Shown here: piece after piece, positions 24,601 to 30,398 of the stretch
Numbering within the stretch: the stretch's first letter is position 1
Layout of the letters: each line of letters starts with the position of its first letter
DNA from: Octopus sinensis
Lineage: Eukaryota
NCBI RefSeq assembly: GCF_006345805.1
Contig: NC_043008.1
Location: forward strand, 55,056,001 to 55,120,000
DNA length: 64,000 nt
Reading direction: 5' to 3'
The notes under the pieces: model-generated
Seen by the model: the letters and a program-made list of their open reading frames with translations, nothing else
What the model was told of the DNA's origin: nothing
Database searches by the model: none
Translations under genes and position numbers: made by a program

Positions 24601-25953
24601 GCCTCCTTCAATAGATTCAAACTTGTGAAAAAATATCACTGTTTCTCCTTGAAATGGGGTCAACGTATAAGTCTTGAACTGTCTATCAGGTTCACAGTTT
24701 AATAATACTTTAAAGTTTCCTGTAATTAGTCCTATGTTAATTACATTTATTCCAATCTCATATTGGTGGCCACTATCTGAAAATGGGTGGCCGTACAAGG
24801 TTCCAATGGATCCTTCACTTAATAATGGAATTGCAGAAGGAAGAAGATCTTTGTTAAGATTTATTATAATATCTAGCTGTGCCCGAACTGAATGCCTTTT
24901 ATTCTCTACAAATAACAACGATTTATTTGATACCCAACCGGGAACTTTTCCAGTATAAGGAGCCATTGGCTTGGTAAAATGCGATAGGAAATATTTTGAT
25001 CTGTCTGACTCCACATTATTGTTCAATTTCTTCAAATTATCTTCAAGCCAGAAACTCAATGGTTGATTCTTGAAACAAGTTTTGACAAAGGATTTTGTAC
25101 AACGGTCGGTCTTTTTCAAAACGGCGCCGGCAACAATTCCTATTGCTCCACAAGATGTTCCTTTTAAATCAAAATATTTTTTCTTAATAAGCAAGTACTC
25201 ATTAACACCTTTTATGTCCGTTTTTGCCTGTGGATTTCTATTGTTTAGGGCCGAGTTTGCAACGGGTATCAATAAATAATTTAAATTTGAACAAATTATC
25301 TGTCTACAACTAAAGTTGGTCTGGTGAAGAACGCGGGCCGTGAAATAAAGGTCGTCGTCTCTCTTCTCGATAGTTTTGCCGTTGACAAGAAAACGATTGC
25401 TTTGTGCGACACTTTGCACTACTTTTACAGCGTGTTTTTCTTTTCTAAAGACCTCTACCATAAGACTTTGAATAATTATAGGGTTGCCGAGAGTATTAAC
25501 AGAATACCATAAAGGATCATATAGAATACAATGCATCTGGAGACTTTCAGGACAGCAGTATCCTTTTGTTTTGTACGACTTACCACCTACATCGGACTGT
25601 TGGCAGAAAGTTCCGGCACTTTTATAATCACCATCACAGGTTTGGTTGTAAGTCATTTCGTATGGTTGATTGTTGACAAATTGCAAAAATTGGAGGGGAT
25701 AACCAACAAGTAAATCGCTGAAGTAAACGCGCAGAGTTACTGAATCTTCGAAAAAAAAAATTTTGTTTGTGGCTAAATCAATCATGGTTTCAACTGTGTA
25801 GAAACGACCTAATTTCCAGTCGTTGTAATTATGTATATCTGCCACAAGTTGCAGTGTTAGATACCGATGGGAATTTGAACTTCGCTGTTCCTCGTCTGAA
25901 TGTTGTAGAAGGACGGTTAAAACATATGTGCTTAGCAATGTCTGTAGCTTCAT
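3673..25953 (-). CDS. HAP2: Giant intronless HAP2/GCS1-like fusexin with a ~6800-aa repetitive Ser/Arg/Glu tail (7426 aa)
   Basis: The ORF track starts at a TTG (26130); the first in-frame ATG is at 25953, giving MKLQTLLSTYVLTVLLQHS, a plausible signal peptide. HAP2 hallmarks: YPLQFLQFVNNQPYE..C..C..GYCC..HC..YDPLWY; HAP2-GCS1 (PF10699)-like motif YLLIKKKYFDLKGTSCGAIGIV..RC..CFKNQPLSFWLED (~25039-25197); Ig-like domain III ending in CLCLVGCKCSC; hydrophobic anchors at ~24298-24375 and ~24067-24132. The frame is open for 22281 nt. Confidence 0.88.
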   Translation of the reverse strand: MKLQTLLSTYVLTVLLQHSDEEQRSSNSHRYLTLQLVADIHNYNDWKLGRFYTVETMIDLATNKIFFFEDSVTLRVYFSDLLVGYPLQFLQFVNNQPYEMTYNQTCDGDYKSAGTFCQQSDVGGKSYKTKGYCCPESLQMHCILYDPLWYSVNTLGNPIIIQSLMVEVFRKEKHAVKVVQSVAQSNRFLVNGKTIEKRDDDLYFTARVLHQTNFSCRQIICSNLNYLLIPVANSALNNRNPQAKTDIKGVNEYLLIKKKYFDLKGTSCGAIGIVAGAVLKKTDRCTKSFVKTCFKNQPLSFWLEDNLKKLNNNVESDRSKYFLSHFTKPMAPYTGKVPGWVSNKSLLFVENKRHSVRAQLDIIINLNKDLLPSAIPLLSEGSIGTLYGHPFSDSGHQYEIGINVINIGLITGNFKVLLNCEPDRQFKTYTLTPFQGETVIFFHKFESIEGGIIPGNTAKLQFPVQCVIELWNEDQKTVKSKYLILKRNKLCLCLVGCKCSCDPPYPCEVKKAKMIHSPVTAIFRDETLVIFGIVLLFLMILNMLKLIFGFCFPVSIGEAGLCVFIKSNYQCKYFDKDLQYKAVKYNKDGYPMHPKTKRRVRALSQKQMGIMNFFFFFYLPFIGIHWLLVRKYINKKKSDIMWNKLETNIQLIHEGDEERSLHESLRKTTCHYSSSDHSELPDHIEEKRSAILNEYGKRVCRPKRREDSICKPSKKSQKQSSEDYRSKTKFKSMLANIMRTDKDSTSSESLESQKGKRDRLSTFPLTKSTKRQTYSTSIGHETSSSSFEPPCQPTSESMKGIIQFPLSELILDVPQEKPPEDTDKRRIERGNVDATTLSEIEMSEYMSDISCREVGKKPSKTSIFKKKLSKPKRSTPRVSWTEADFEEQVCSSKEGKRRFGFKGKSRVSSSKESREVPVGPLGEERGRASPAKLGSFSDVSAQGVECMPLVKSMSAFPVQEREYVSSRHPSTTMPLTSERPYTSSRMHPSEITRSDILQRSVISPDQKEQPATLKGVPDAMLYPPASPTYTKEPSDVAFDQQFVRRSSDGFQHFSREQQRSPISMVISLEQPPIEPIFEQKQTSSLEQEPSQLSRKETQHISLEQLRSRQRSEDMQVVSLEEEMSPLSTQEIQDIFMGQPSRISEETMQRITGVQQSTSTASAPCFEFEKSPLRQQLDVLPTQERKYKSMVEPETQFPVKDTLYKLHSDGKLSEKDKVTTSIAAQQRKQSKKGHYRVSFFDTPIFAPKKVDVSFIPPDDITTPTSPMYDQKPISMRKRSSSVDHRSQISRKDTVESSFEQRPSETYIGDVKETLPTYDSRGVFEELHIPSPERQASMLYDTVRDTRHNISEVYSLLTDQVSQPSVEREGAIGSITEQRSRISETMSVPRSITDQRREVYERESIPSTIADQRSRLSEREGTIRSISDERSQIPVTMSIPSSIMDRRTEISERESIPSRLSEREGTIRSISDERSQIPVTTSIPSAEKLHAVSFQEQPDQTSTVTEISPPVTEQYSSISPQERSHLEMRDRDQQSDIETKPYMPVTDLLDLREKKKSLDDLLAKYGIETRGQMIDSIRGSLSRESRHLLSEERKSKSLLDIQTPYYTDTERQMSERELLGLERERSISLTGQKSKHSSIPEDLDKLSTRESAHSLVADRLSEVYKKDSILSSITDQRSPLSRRESVLSLLDQRSRIPSSVLDQRSLLSGRESIAISKPSEQSLLSEKESILSPVADQRSQIYGRESTPSSIADQQVQLSEKESSLSSVADQQSQITVRERIRSSIADQRSQISGRESIPSSAIGEQSEISPRASTPSSISEQPILSPERESIISSVPYQRSQMHESESYTSSATDQLSRTPPSESVPSSTIKQSQISGRESIHSAVPSHLSHSFLSESSRSSVADQRSQISGKQRTPTSIIDQSSQISGRESTPSSIIDQRSQISGRQRTPTSIIDQRSKISGKESTHSTITEKESLIYGRESTPSVVTEQQSKISGKESIAGSMVDQRSQTSSRETTPRYMPDKRSQISGKESTPSTITDKIRSSPSSSRSASRSATDQRSQRSVRDGTSTPSSISDKRSQVSSRKSTPSSVSEQRKKILGRKSTPSSITDKRSPISRSDSTTTTKSDRRSRISVKKRTPSPKVDQKSQMSQRESKPSSAIAQRSQISGSESTVSSTHDRRSQISEKEGITEQRSEIYQRESIPSTIQEQRSRLSERESTIKSISDQRSQISGTKSIPSSITDRRTEMSEREGIPSTIADQRSRLYERESIVKSIPDQQSQISGTMSIPSIITEPWSQISESIPSTKADQGSRLSERENTISSISDERSQISGTMSIPPSSVTERLTEVSGRRSTPSTIADQRSRLTERESIVRSISDARSRISGKMSISSSITDRRSQISGRESIPSTKTDQRSRSSKRESTVRSISDQRSQISGTMSIPPSSVTERLSEVSERRSTPSTIADQRSRLSERESTIRSISDERSQISGTMSTPASSVTERLSEVSERRSTPSTIADQRSRLSERESTLRSISDERSQISGTMRIPPSSVTDRRSEVSERRSTPSTIADQRSRLSERESTIRSITDQRSQISGTMSIPPSSVTERLSEVSERRSTPSTIADQRSRLSERESTIRSISDERSQISGTMSIPSSITDRRSQISERESIPSTKVDERSRLSERESTIRSITDQRSQISGTMSIPASSVTEQLSEVSERRSTPSTIADQRSRLSERESTLRSIYDERSQISGTMSIPPSSVTERLSEVSERRSTPSTIADQRSRLSERESTLRSIYDERSQISGTMSIPPSSVTERLSEVSERRSTPSTIADQRSRLSERESTIRSISDERSQISGTMSIPVSSVTERLSEVSERESTPSTISDEQRRSSERESTIRSISDERSQISGTTSIPSSIRDWPSQVTQRKSVLSWMPDQRSRLPERESMVRSTYDQRSEISEKTYFPISTTDWRSEISERHRIFSMTPEQRSRLQETESIVRSIYDQRSQISGIMSIPSSITDRLSEVSERESISSKIPDERSRLSETESTIRSISDLRSQISDTMSIPSSIMDRRSEVYTRESIPSTIETQRSLSSERESSFRSTPDQRSEIPGRMSIPSSITDRRSEVSERESIPSSLADQRSRLSERESTIRSMSDERSQISGTMSIPSSITDRRSQISERESIPSTIADQLSRLSERESTIRSISDQRSQISGTMSIPSSITDRRSEESERESIQSKLADQRSRLSERESTIRSISDERTKISGTMSIPSSITDRRSEVSERESIPSTIIDQLSRLSERESTVRSISDQRSQISGTMSIPSSLTDRRTEISERESIPSTIMDQRSRLPERESTVRSISDQRSQISGIMSIPSSITDRRTEISERESIPSTIADQRSRLSERESTVRSISDQRSQISGIMSIPSSITDRRTEISERESIPSTIADQRSRLSERESTVRSISDGRSQISGTMSIPSSITDRRTEISERESIPSTIADQRSRLSERESTVRSISDQRSQISGTMSIPISVTDRKSEVTERESIPSTIADQRSRLSERESTIRSISDGRSQISGTMSIPSSITDRRTEISERESIPSTMTDQRSRLSERESTVRSISDQRSQISGTMSIPSSITDRRSEVSERESIPSTIADQRSRLSERESTIRSISDQRSQISGTMSIPSSITDRRTEISERESIPSTIADQRSRLSERESTIRPTSDGPSQISGMISIPSSITDRRSEVSERESIPSTIADQRSRLSERESTVRSISDEQIQISGMTSIPSSITDRRSEVSERGSIPSTMTDQRSRLSERESRIRSISDGRSQISGTMSIPSSITDRRSEIFERESYPSTVADQRSRLSERESTVRSISDDRSQISGTMSIPSSITYHRSEVSERESIPSTMTDQRSRLSERESRIRSISDGRSQISKTMSIPSSITDRRSEIFESESYPSTIADQRSRLSERESTIRSISDERSKISGTMSIPSSVTDRRSEVTERESIPSTIADQRSRLSERESTIRSISDRPSQISGTMSIPSSIIDRRSEVSERESIPSTIADQLSRLSERESTIRSISDQRSQISGTMSIPSSITDRRSEISERESIPSTIADQLSRLSERESTIRSISDGRSQISETMSIPSSVTDRRSEVSERESIPSTIADQRSRLSERESTIRSISEGRSQISGTMSIPRSITDRRSEVSERESTPSTISDERSRLSERESTIRSASVEESKTSEQISLPSSRTDRGSEISERESVPSTIIHQGSRLSESESTFRSKSDLQSQISAAESIPSSIRSGSGVVSERAGIVRFLPDQRRRLSERETPVRSIADQRSQIFARLHIPSSVSEWQSEASEREISPRAISDERSRLSERESTISSIPDERSQIAETASVPSSVMEVRSEVYERARIVSTIPDQQSRLSERESIIRSIYDQRSRISRTMSTPSSISDRLSEIFERESIPSKIEDQRSRLSEGEGTIRSISGPRSQISGTLSIPSSIIDRRSAVSERESMTRTMTEPTSRLSGTESTITSISGPRSQISGTMSIPSSIIDRRSAVSERKSTPSTMTEQRSQLTGSESTITSISGPRSQISGTMSIPSSMTDRRTEMSERESIPSSMTDQRSRLSERESTVRSISDQRSQISGTMSIPSSITDRRTEISERESIPSSMTDQRSRLSERESTIRSISDGRSQILGTMSIPSSITDRRTEISERESIPSSMTDQRSRLSERESTIRSISDGRSQISGTMSIPSSITDRRTEISERESIPSTMTDQRSRLSERESTIRSISDGRSQISGTMSIPSSITDRRTEISERESIPSTMTDQRSRLSERESTIRSISDGRSQISGTMSIPSSITDRRTEISERESIPSSMTDQRSRLSERESTIRSISDGRSQISGTMSIPSSITDRRTEMSVRESIPSTMTDQRSRLSERESTIRSISDQRSQISGTMSIPSSMTDRRTEMSVRESIPSTMTDQRSRLSERESTIRSISDGRSQISGTMSIPSSITDRRTEISERESIPSSMTDQRSRLSERESTIRSISDGRSQISGTLSIPSSITDRRTEISERESIPSSMTDQRSRLSERESTIRSITDQRSQISGTMSIPSSITDRRTEISERESIPSTMTDQRSRLSERESTIRSISDGRSQISGTLSIPSSITDRRSEVSERESIPSTMKDQRSRLSERESTIRSISDQRSQISGTMSIPSSITDRRTEISERESIPSTIADQRSRLSERESTIRSISDGRSQISGTMSIPSSITDRRTEISERESIPSTMTDQRSRLSERESTIRSISDQRSQISGTMSIPSSIKDRLSEVSERKSIPSTMMDQRSRLSERESIVRSISDAQSQLSGTLSIPSSITDRRSEVSERERIPSTMTDQRSRLSERESTIRSISDGRSQISGTMSIPSSITDRRTEISERESIPSTMTYPRSRLSERGSTVRSISEGRSQIAETMSIPSSITDRRSEVSERESIPSTMTDQRSRLSERESTVRSIADQRSQISGTMSIPSSITDRRSEVSERESIPSTIADQRSRLSERDSTIRSISDDRSYTSGTMSTPSSMTDRRSEVWMPDHRSRLSERESTVSSISDGRSEMSRTRSVRSSTSSRRSDVTERESVPSTFTEQRSRLSERESTIGLTSDDRSQISGSMSISTSEADRRSDVTDKESIPSIIAAHRSRLSEKEVTQSPVSDIQSPISEREKIHSLTPEKWSQISERERMEVSTADQRSATPSKRTIRSSIADIRSQISRSMRSLISPLDKRSRISEKESIPTSIAHQLSQLSGKENILSSPPVEVSHVSERESIPSLMRDQRSQISGRESILSSMADQRSISSGRERIHSSKEEQPSSITRIQSISREMGDQHSQITGQDSRVSLRHSTLSRSDSNLSSVQDQESHISEPPSIRSSLSEELSQISGKHSRVSTVPEQWSKPSRTESLRISVPDEQISGRESIQSPLSLQRSEIFERERMHSNVLSQRSRDDESASFKTFIPEQGSRITERESIVRSIPDQRSRLYETVSTERPFSEERQLSKSDISVQSGPDERSYTSRREIIRSLTTEPSIISGREGIPGSMIDRRSQISGKESTLSSMTDQRSLTSGRESTPSSMTDRRSQISGRESIPSTMRDRRSQISGRESIPSSMRDERSQISGRESIPSSMRDERSQISGRESIPSSMRDERSRISERESIPSSMRDERSQISGRESIPSSMRDERSQISGRESIPSSMTDRRSQISGRESTPSSMRDERSQISGRESTRSSMRDERSQISGRESTRSSMRDERSQISGRESTPSSMRDERSQISGRESIPSSMRDERSQISGRESTRSSMRDERSQISGRESTPSSMRDERSQISGRESIPSSMRDERSQISGRESTRSSMRDERSQISGRESIPSSMRDERSQISGRESTRSSMRDERSHISGRESIPSSMRDERSQISGRESTRSSMRDERSQISGRESIPSSMRDERSQISGRESIPSSMRDERSQISGRESIPSSMRDERSQISGRESIPSSMRDERSQISGRESTRSSMRDERSQISGRESIPSSMRDQRSQISGRESIPSSMRDQRSQISGRESIPSSEQHSHVSERDSIFSSTPEQRTQTSRSESSLSSIVDQPSEASVSECMLQSTPDEQLQISRGESARTSIPNQRSQISDRWNTFSSMQDQENQVFHRESILGSVPEQWSQVFLRRESIQRSEPNQRSQISESENIRQTIAPHLTYISARESTPSLIVELGSHISDRASIHSSTSDQRSQITGKESFVSSLPDQGSQISEKERIFTPVTDQRRQVSERESSFSSVPGHRSQVFQGESVPSSVADQMSQKSGSEIVYTPVSNEWRQLSRNESIVGSTPFQRSQISGRESIPGSMMDQRSQISGKVSTPTSIRDQRSQISGRESIPGSVTDQRSQIFEREGTSSSMTDQRSQISGRESTPSSMRDQRSQISGRVSTPSSTTDQRSHLSGRESIPGSMMEQRSQISGREGTPSSMRDERSQISGRESTPGTMTGQQSEISGREGSPSSMREQQSQISSRENIPSSATSRSTSHRPLSEISSGRSIRQDTNTSVGEVLDELSRSSRTQSSLADFPAGIQPRDSYVVSSQQSRYESDVALTETSNESSRSQATTVIRNESDSARALSKSSSSHSSQTSRSSSSDKISTNSNALRSTLDKSQNNNISVKKYVGKTAKKFDKPGTSQKKKSTNLNSKNFLGNRKKNQIDSSQNADQDRSDDLMDKSENTSSYAADGFPMKQAQKKDRTQKSQGRENICEGEYVCEEKTESGLDNNSSNNKAVASTSRFCKDTIKVCSESAQGMQSSTTDKEYVNKLVKSEKVYYNFPESSRNLINSGDKFSLYGALRKDGNRYVFRLMQFLEQTYENIDGIARPLQGRKILISNSYVFNRYLDCSGVLSFITKKPKYPCLNNPD
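6210..7740 (-). repeat. Homogeneous coding tandem array, 51-bp unit (SGRESIPSSMRDERSQI), about 30 copies
   Basis: The 17-aa unit can be read directly in the translation, with near-identical DNA units. Confidence 0.95.
9230..19370 (-). repeat. Coding higher-order array, 153-bp unit (3 x 51 bp) with a 156-bp variant block at ~17300-18960
   Basis: Unit SERESTIRSISDQRSQI-SGTMSIPSSITDRRTEI-SERESIPSTIADQRSRL. The variant adds one codon (IPPSS/IPASS/IPVSS). Degenerate zones lie at ~12230-13300 and ~16650-17300. Confidence 0.95.
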
Positions 25954-26372
25954 AATTCCACCATAATTAATGAAATTTAAATCGTCAACAATATTTGATT
26001 GGATGAGCGAGACAGAGGAATATAGAAAAATACAACATGAAGAAATATATAATTGTATATATACCGAATTATGCAAATAAGCACACGAGAAATGAAAACC
26101 AAAAAGCTTACTGATTTTATATATCTTCAAAAAGCGGGATTCTTATCTATTATGTTCATTTTAATATCCATCCTTCATGAAAATGTCAGACAGTTGGCAA
26201 TATCGCGTTTGTTTAGCGTCATTCTTTTTGAAACAACCTATTTCTTCTCAACGCTGTTACTTTGAATTTGACTCCCTGTTGATAAAGATCGGTTCTGATT
26301 AAATGTACACCATGGATTATTATTACTGATTTCAACATCGGTGGGGTAGATACCGGAAAGGAGTCATTAGTT
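25887..26372. repeat. 5' flank and signal-peptide tract nearly identical to 46049-46535
   Basis: By-eye alignment gives about 11 differences in ~490 bp. Confidence 0.9.
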
Positions 26373-26639
26373 GTAACTCATTTATTTTACTAATTTATGT
26401 TCTCCTACACATGGTAATATTTATGACTACTGTGCGTGCGCGTAATCACGTGACTGTGTGTGTGCGTGTGACAATGAATAAATTATCCAATCTATTTATA
26501 GTTAAATCCATTTAATTGTATATATTGTATATCATCCGACGATTAAAATCATTGATGATCTATCTGTCAGTATTTTTGCTCAGTAAAGGAATTCCTCATA
26601 AAACTTTACAGATACGGCACGCATAAATCCCGGCTTTCA

Positions 26640-26890
<251 letters not shown>

Positions 26891-27304
26891 GAGTACGACA
26901 ATTATTGACAAATTGTCTTACCCGAGATGTTAAAGACAATCGCTTTCAGCAATGGCTTTCCTGATATTTAATGTCAATAACAGCTTGCACATCACCATTA
27001 AAAACTCTCACCTAAACAGCTACGTAATCCAGAAAAAAATAGGAATAAGACCCTCCAGCTTCGCAGTGAGGTGGGTGCTCTTTTGGAATTTCCTTCTCCA
27101 AGAGAAATATCTTAAACAAGGACCGGGGAGCTCTCATTCCTATCCGTGGGATGACCGTTGATTTTCCTGACTTCTTTCGTCCTTTTCATAGGTTTTGTTT
27201 TAAACAGAAAGTACCCTTACCAAACAAACTTAGTATGGTTGTCTGTTTTGTCATCAACAGCCCAACCATATGATAGGTTGTACTGGGATACCTGTTGCCA
27301 GTAG

Positions 27305-27342
27305 CATACATACATACATACATACATACATACATACATACA

Positions 27343-27376
<34 letters not shown>

Positions 27377-27515
27377 CACACACATACATACATATATACA
27401 TACATACATGCATACACACACATACATACATACACACATACACACACATACATACATACATACATACATACATACATACATACATACATACACACATACA
27501 TACATACATACATAC

Positions 27516-27546
<31 letters not shown>

Positions 27547-28760
27547 CATACTTACATACATACATACATACATACATATATACACACATGCACACATACA
27601 CACATACATACATACATACATACATACACACATACATATATACACACACATACATACATACATACATATATACACACATACATACATACACACACACATA
27701 CATACATACATACATACATACACACATGCACACATACACACATACATACATATATATACACACACATACATACATGCATACATACATACATGCATACACA
27801 CACATACATGCATACACATACGTACACACATACATATATACACACACACACATACATACATACATACATACATACACACATACATACACATACATACGTA
27901 CACACATACACACATACATACATACATACATACATACACACACATACATACATACACACATAAACACCTACATATATACATACACACATGCACACATACA
28001 CACATACACACATACATACATACATACATACATATATACACACACACATACATACATACATACATGCATACATACATGCATACACACACATACATGCATA
28101 CACATACATACACACATACATACATACATACATACATACATACACACACATACATACACACACATACATACATACACACATACATATATACACACATACA
28201 TACATACATACATACATATATACACACATACATACACACACACACACATACATACATACATACATACATACATACATACATACATACACATATACACACA
28301 TACATACATATATACACACACATACATACATACATACATACAGGCATACATACACACATACATCCATACACATACATACACACATACACACATACATACA
28401 TACATACATACACACACATATATACACACATACACACATACATATATACACACATACATACATACATACATATATACACACACATACACACATACATACA
28501 TACATACATACATACATACATACACACACACATACATACATACATACACATACATACATACACACATACCCACATACATACATACATACGCACACACACA
28601 TGCATACATACATACGCACACACACATGCATACATACACACACACATACACACATACATATATGCATACATACACACACACACGCACATACACACATATA
28701 CATACATACATACATACATACATACATACATACATACATACATACATACATACATACATA
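27305..28760. repeat. ~1.45-kb compound (CATA)n/(CA)n microsatellite
   Basis: Direct inspection. It is the source of the spurious YVCM/HTYI ORFs. Confidence 0.95.
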
Positions 28761-28779
28761 CCCGTCTACTCGTGACCGA

Positions 28780-29525
28780 AGAAGACCATTGCTGAAATTT
28801 AGGAACATTGTGCGCTCTAGGACTAACTTATATTTAGCATTTGCGGCTCCGTTGGTGGCTAATGAGCCCTGCTCTTGACAAGCATATAAGACTGAAAACA
28901 TTGCAAACTAGAATTTCCCCATTCACTACACCAGCAGTGCACATTCAAGCAGCATTCTTAAGTTCTTCATGCAGAATGTGGAAGCACTCCGTCGGTTACG
29001 ACGACGAGGGTACCGGTTGATCCGAATCAACGGAACAGCCTGCTCGTGAAATTAACGTGTAAGTGGCTGAGCACTCCACATACACGTGTACCCTTAACGT
29101 AGTTCTCGGGGATATTTAGCGTGACACAGAGAGTGACAAGGCCGGCTCTTTGAAATACAGGTACAACAGAAACAGGAAGTAAGAGTGAGAGAAAGTTGTG
29201 GTGAAAGAGTACAGCAGGGATCACCACCATCCCCTGCCGGAGCCCCGGTCTGGGAATCGAAACCGCGATCCTACGACCGCGAGTCCGCTGCCCTAACCAC
29301 TGGGCCATTGCGCCTCCACTTCATGCAGAATACGTGCTCTCTCAAAGGTATCGACCTCCTCCTTAACCTGCTTCCTCCATCTGTGGCGATGACAGGTATT
29401 GCTCTCCCTGTCAGTCTCCTGCATACCACAGGCCTTTAATGAGGATTTGACACAGTCCTTAAATCGCAGCAGATGTCTCTTTCCATTTACAAGTTCCCCA
29501 TATAACTTTGTTTGTTCTGAGTAGA
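28780..29525 (-). mobile_element. RTE-clade LINE 3' relic split by a SINE
   Basis: The minus-strand peptide LYGELVNGKR..LRFKDCVKSSLKACGM..RWRKQV..FE matches the typical RTE post-RT region. Confidence 0.6.
28978..29318 (-). mobile_element. tRNA-derived SINE, family B, internally deleted, 13-bp TSD
   Basis: Head ggaggcgcaatggcccagtggttagggc with A and B boxes. TSD cttcatgcagaat at 28965-28977 and 29319-29331. Confidence 0.85.
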
Positions 29526-29582
29526 AACACCAAGATTGCCCCAAAGTGTCACGCAGTGCGACTGAACCCAGAACCACTGTGT

Positions 29583-29814
29583 TTACTCTCTCTCTACTCT
29601 TTTACTCTTTTACTTGTTTCAGTCATTTGACTGCGGCCATGCTGGAGCACCGCCTTTAATCGAGCAACTCGACCCAGGAACTTATTCTTTTGTAAGCCCA
29701 GTACTTATTCTATCGATCTCTTTTGCCGAACCGCTAAGTAACGGGGACATAAACACACCAGCATCGGTTGTTAAGCAATGCTGGGGGACGAACACAGACG
29801 CACAAACACACACA

Positions 29815-29885
<71 letters not shown>

Positions 29886-30057
29886 ATATATATACGACGG
29901 GCTTCTTTCAGTTTCCATCTACCAAATCCACTCACAAGGCATTGGTCGGCCCGGAGCTATAGCAGAAGACACTTGCCCAAGGTGCCACGCAGTGGGACTG
30001 AACCCGGAACCATGTGGTTGGTTAGCAAGCTACTTACCACACAGCCACTCCTGCGCC
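29583..30057 (-). mobile_element. tRNA-derived SINE, family A, with internal (TA)n
   Basis: Head ggcgcaggagtggctgtgtggtaag, CORE-like ccttgggcaagtg, tail gactgaaacaagtaaaagagt. Multiple copies occur in the window. Confidence 0.85.
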
Positions 30058-30398
30058 TATGTTTGTTTGTCCCCCACCGAAGTTGTCCGTAAATTAGCGG
30101 TGCGACAAAAGAAAACCGAGAAAATAACTACACGCATGAGCCAGTGAACCAGAGGAGCCAACTGCGCCAAGTTCCAGTGTCATGCGTAGGCTAACGTTTC
30201 TACGAAAGCGCGCGCGCGCACACACACACATAAACACACACATACATAAACACATACACATAATCAACACACACACACACACATAATAAACACACACACA
30301 CACACGTATTGTATGATACCCTCGGTAAGAATCTTCTGCTATAGATTACGGTTGACCAACACACTAAACGAAATCTGTTCGATTTGGTTTGTCGACAT

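Noticed and set aside
25954-26130. N-terminal 59 aa of the 7485-aa ORF as called by the track (and 46116-46292 in copy 2)
   Set aside because: Starts at TTG with an in-frame stop a few codons upstream and no ATG. The CDS was annotated from the first ATG; a non-AUG extension is kept only as a hypothesis.
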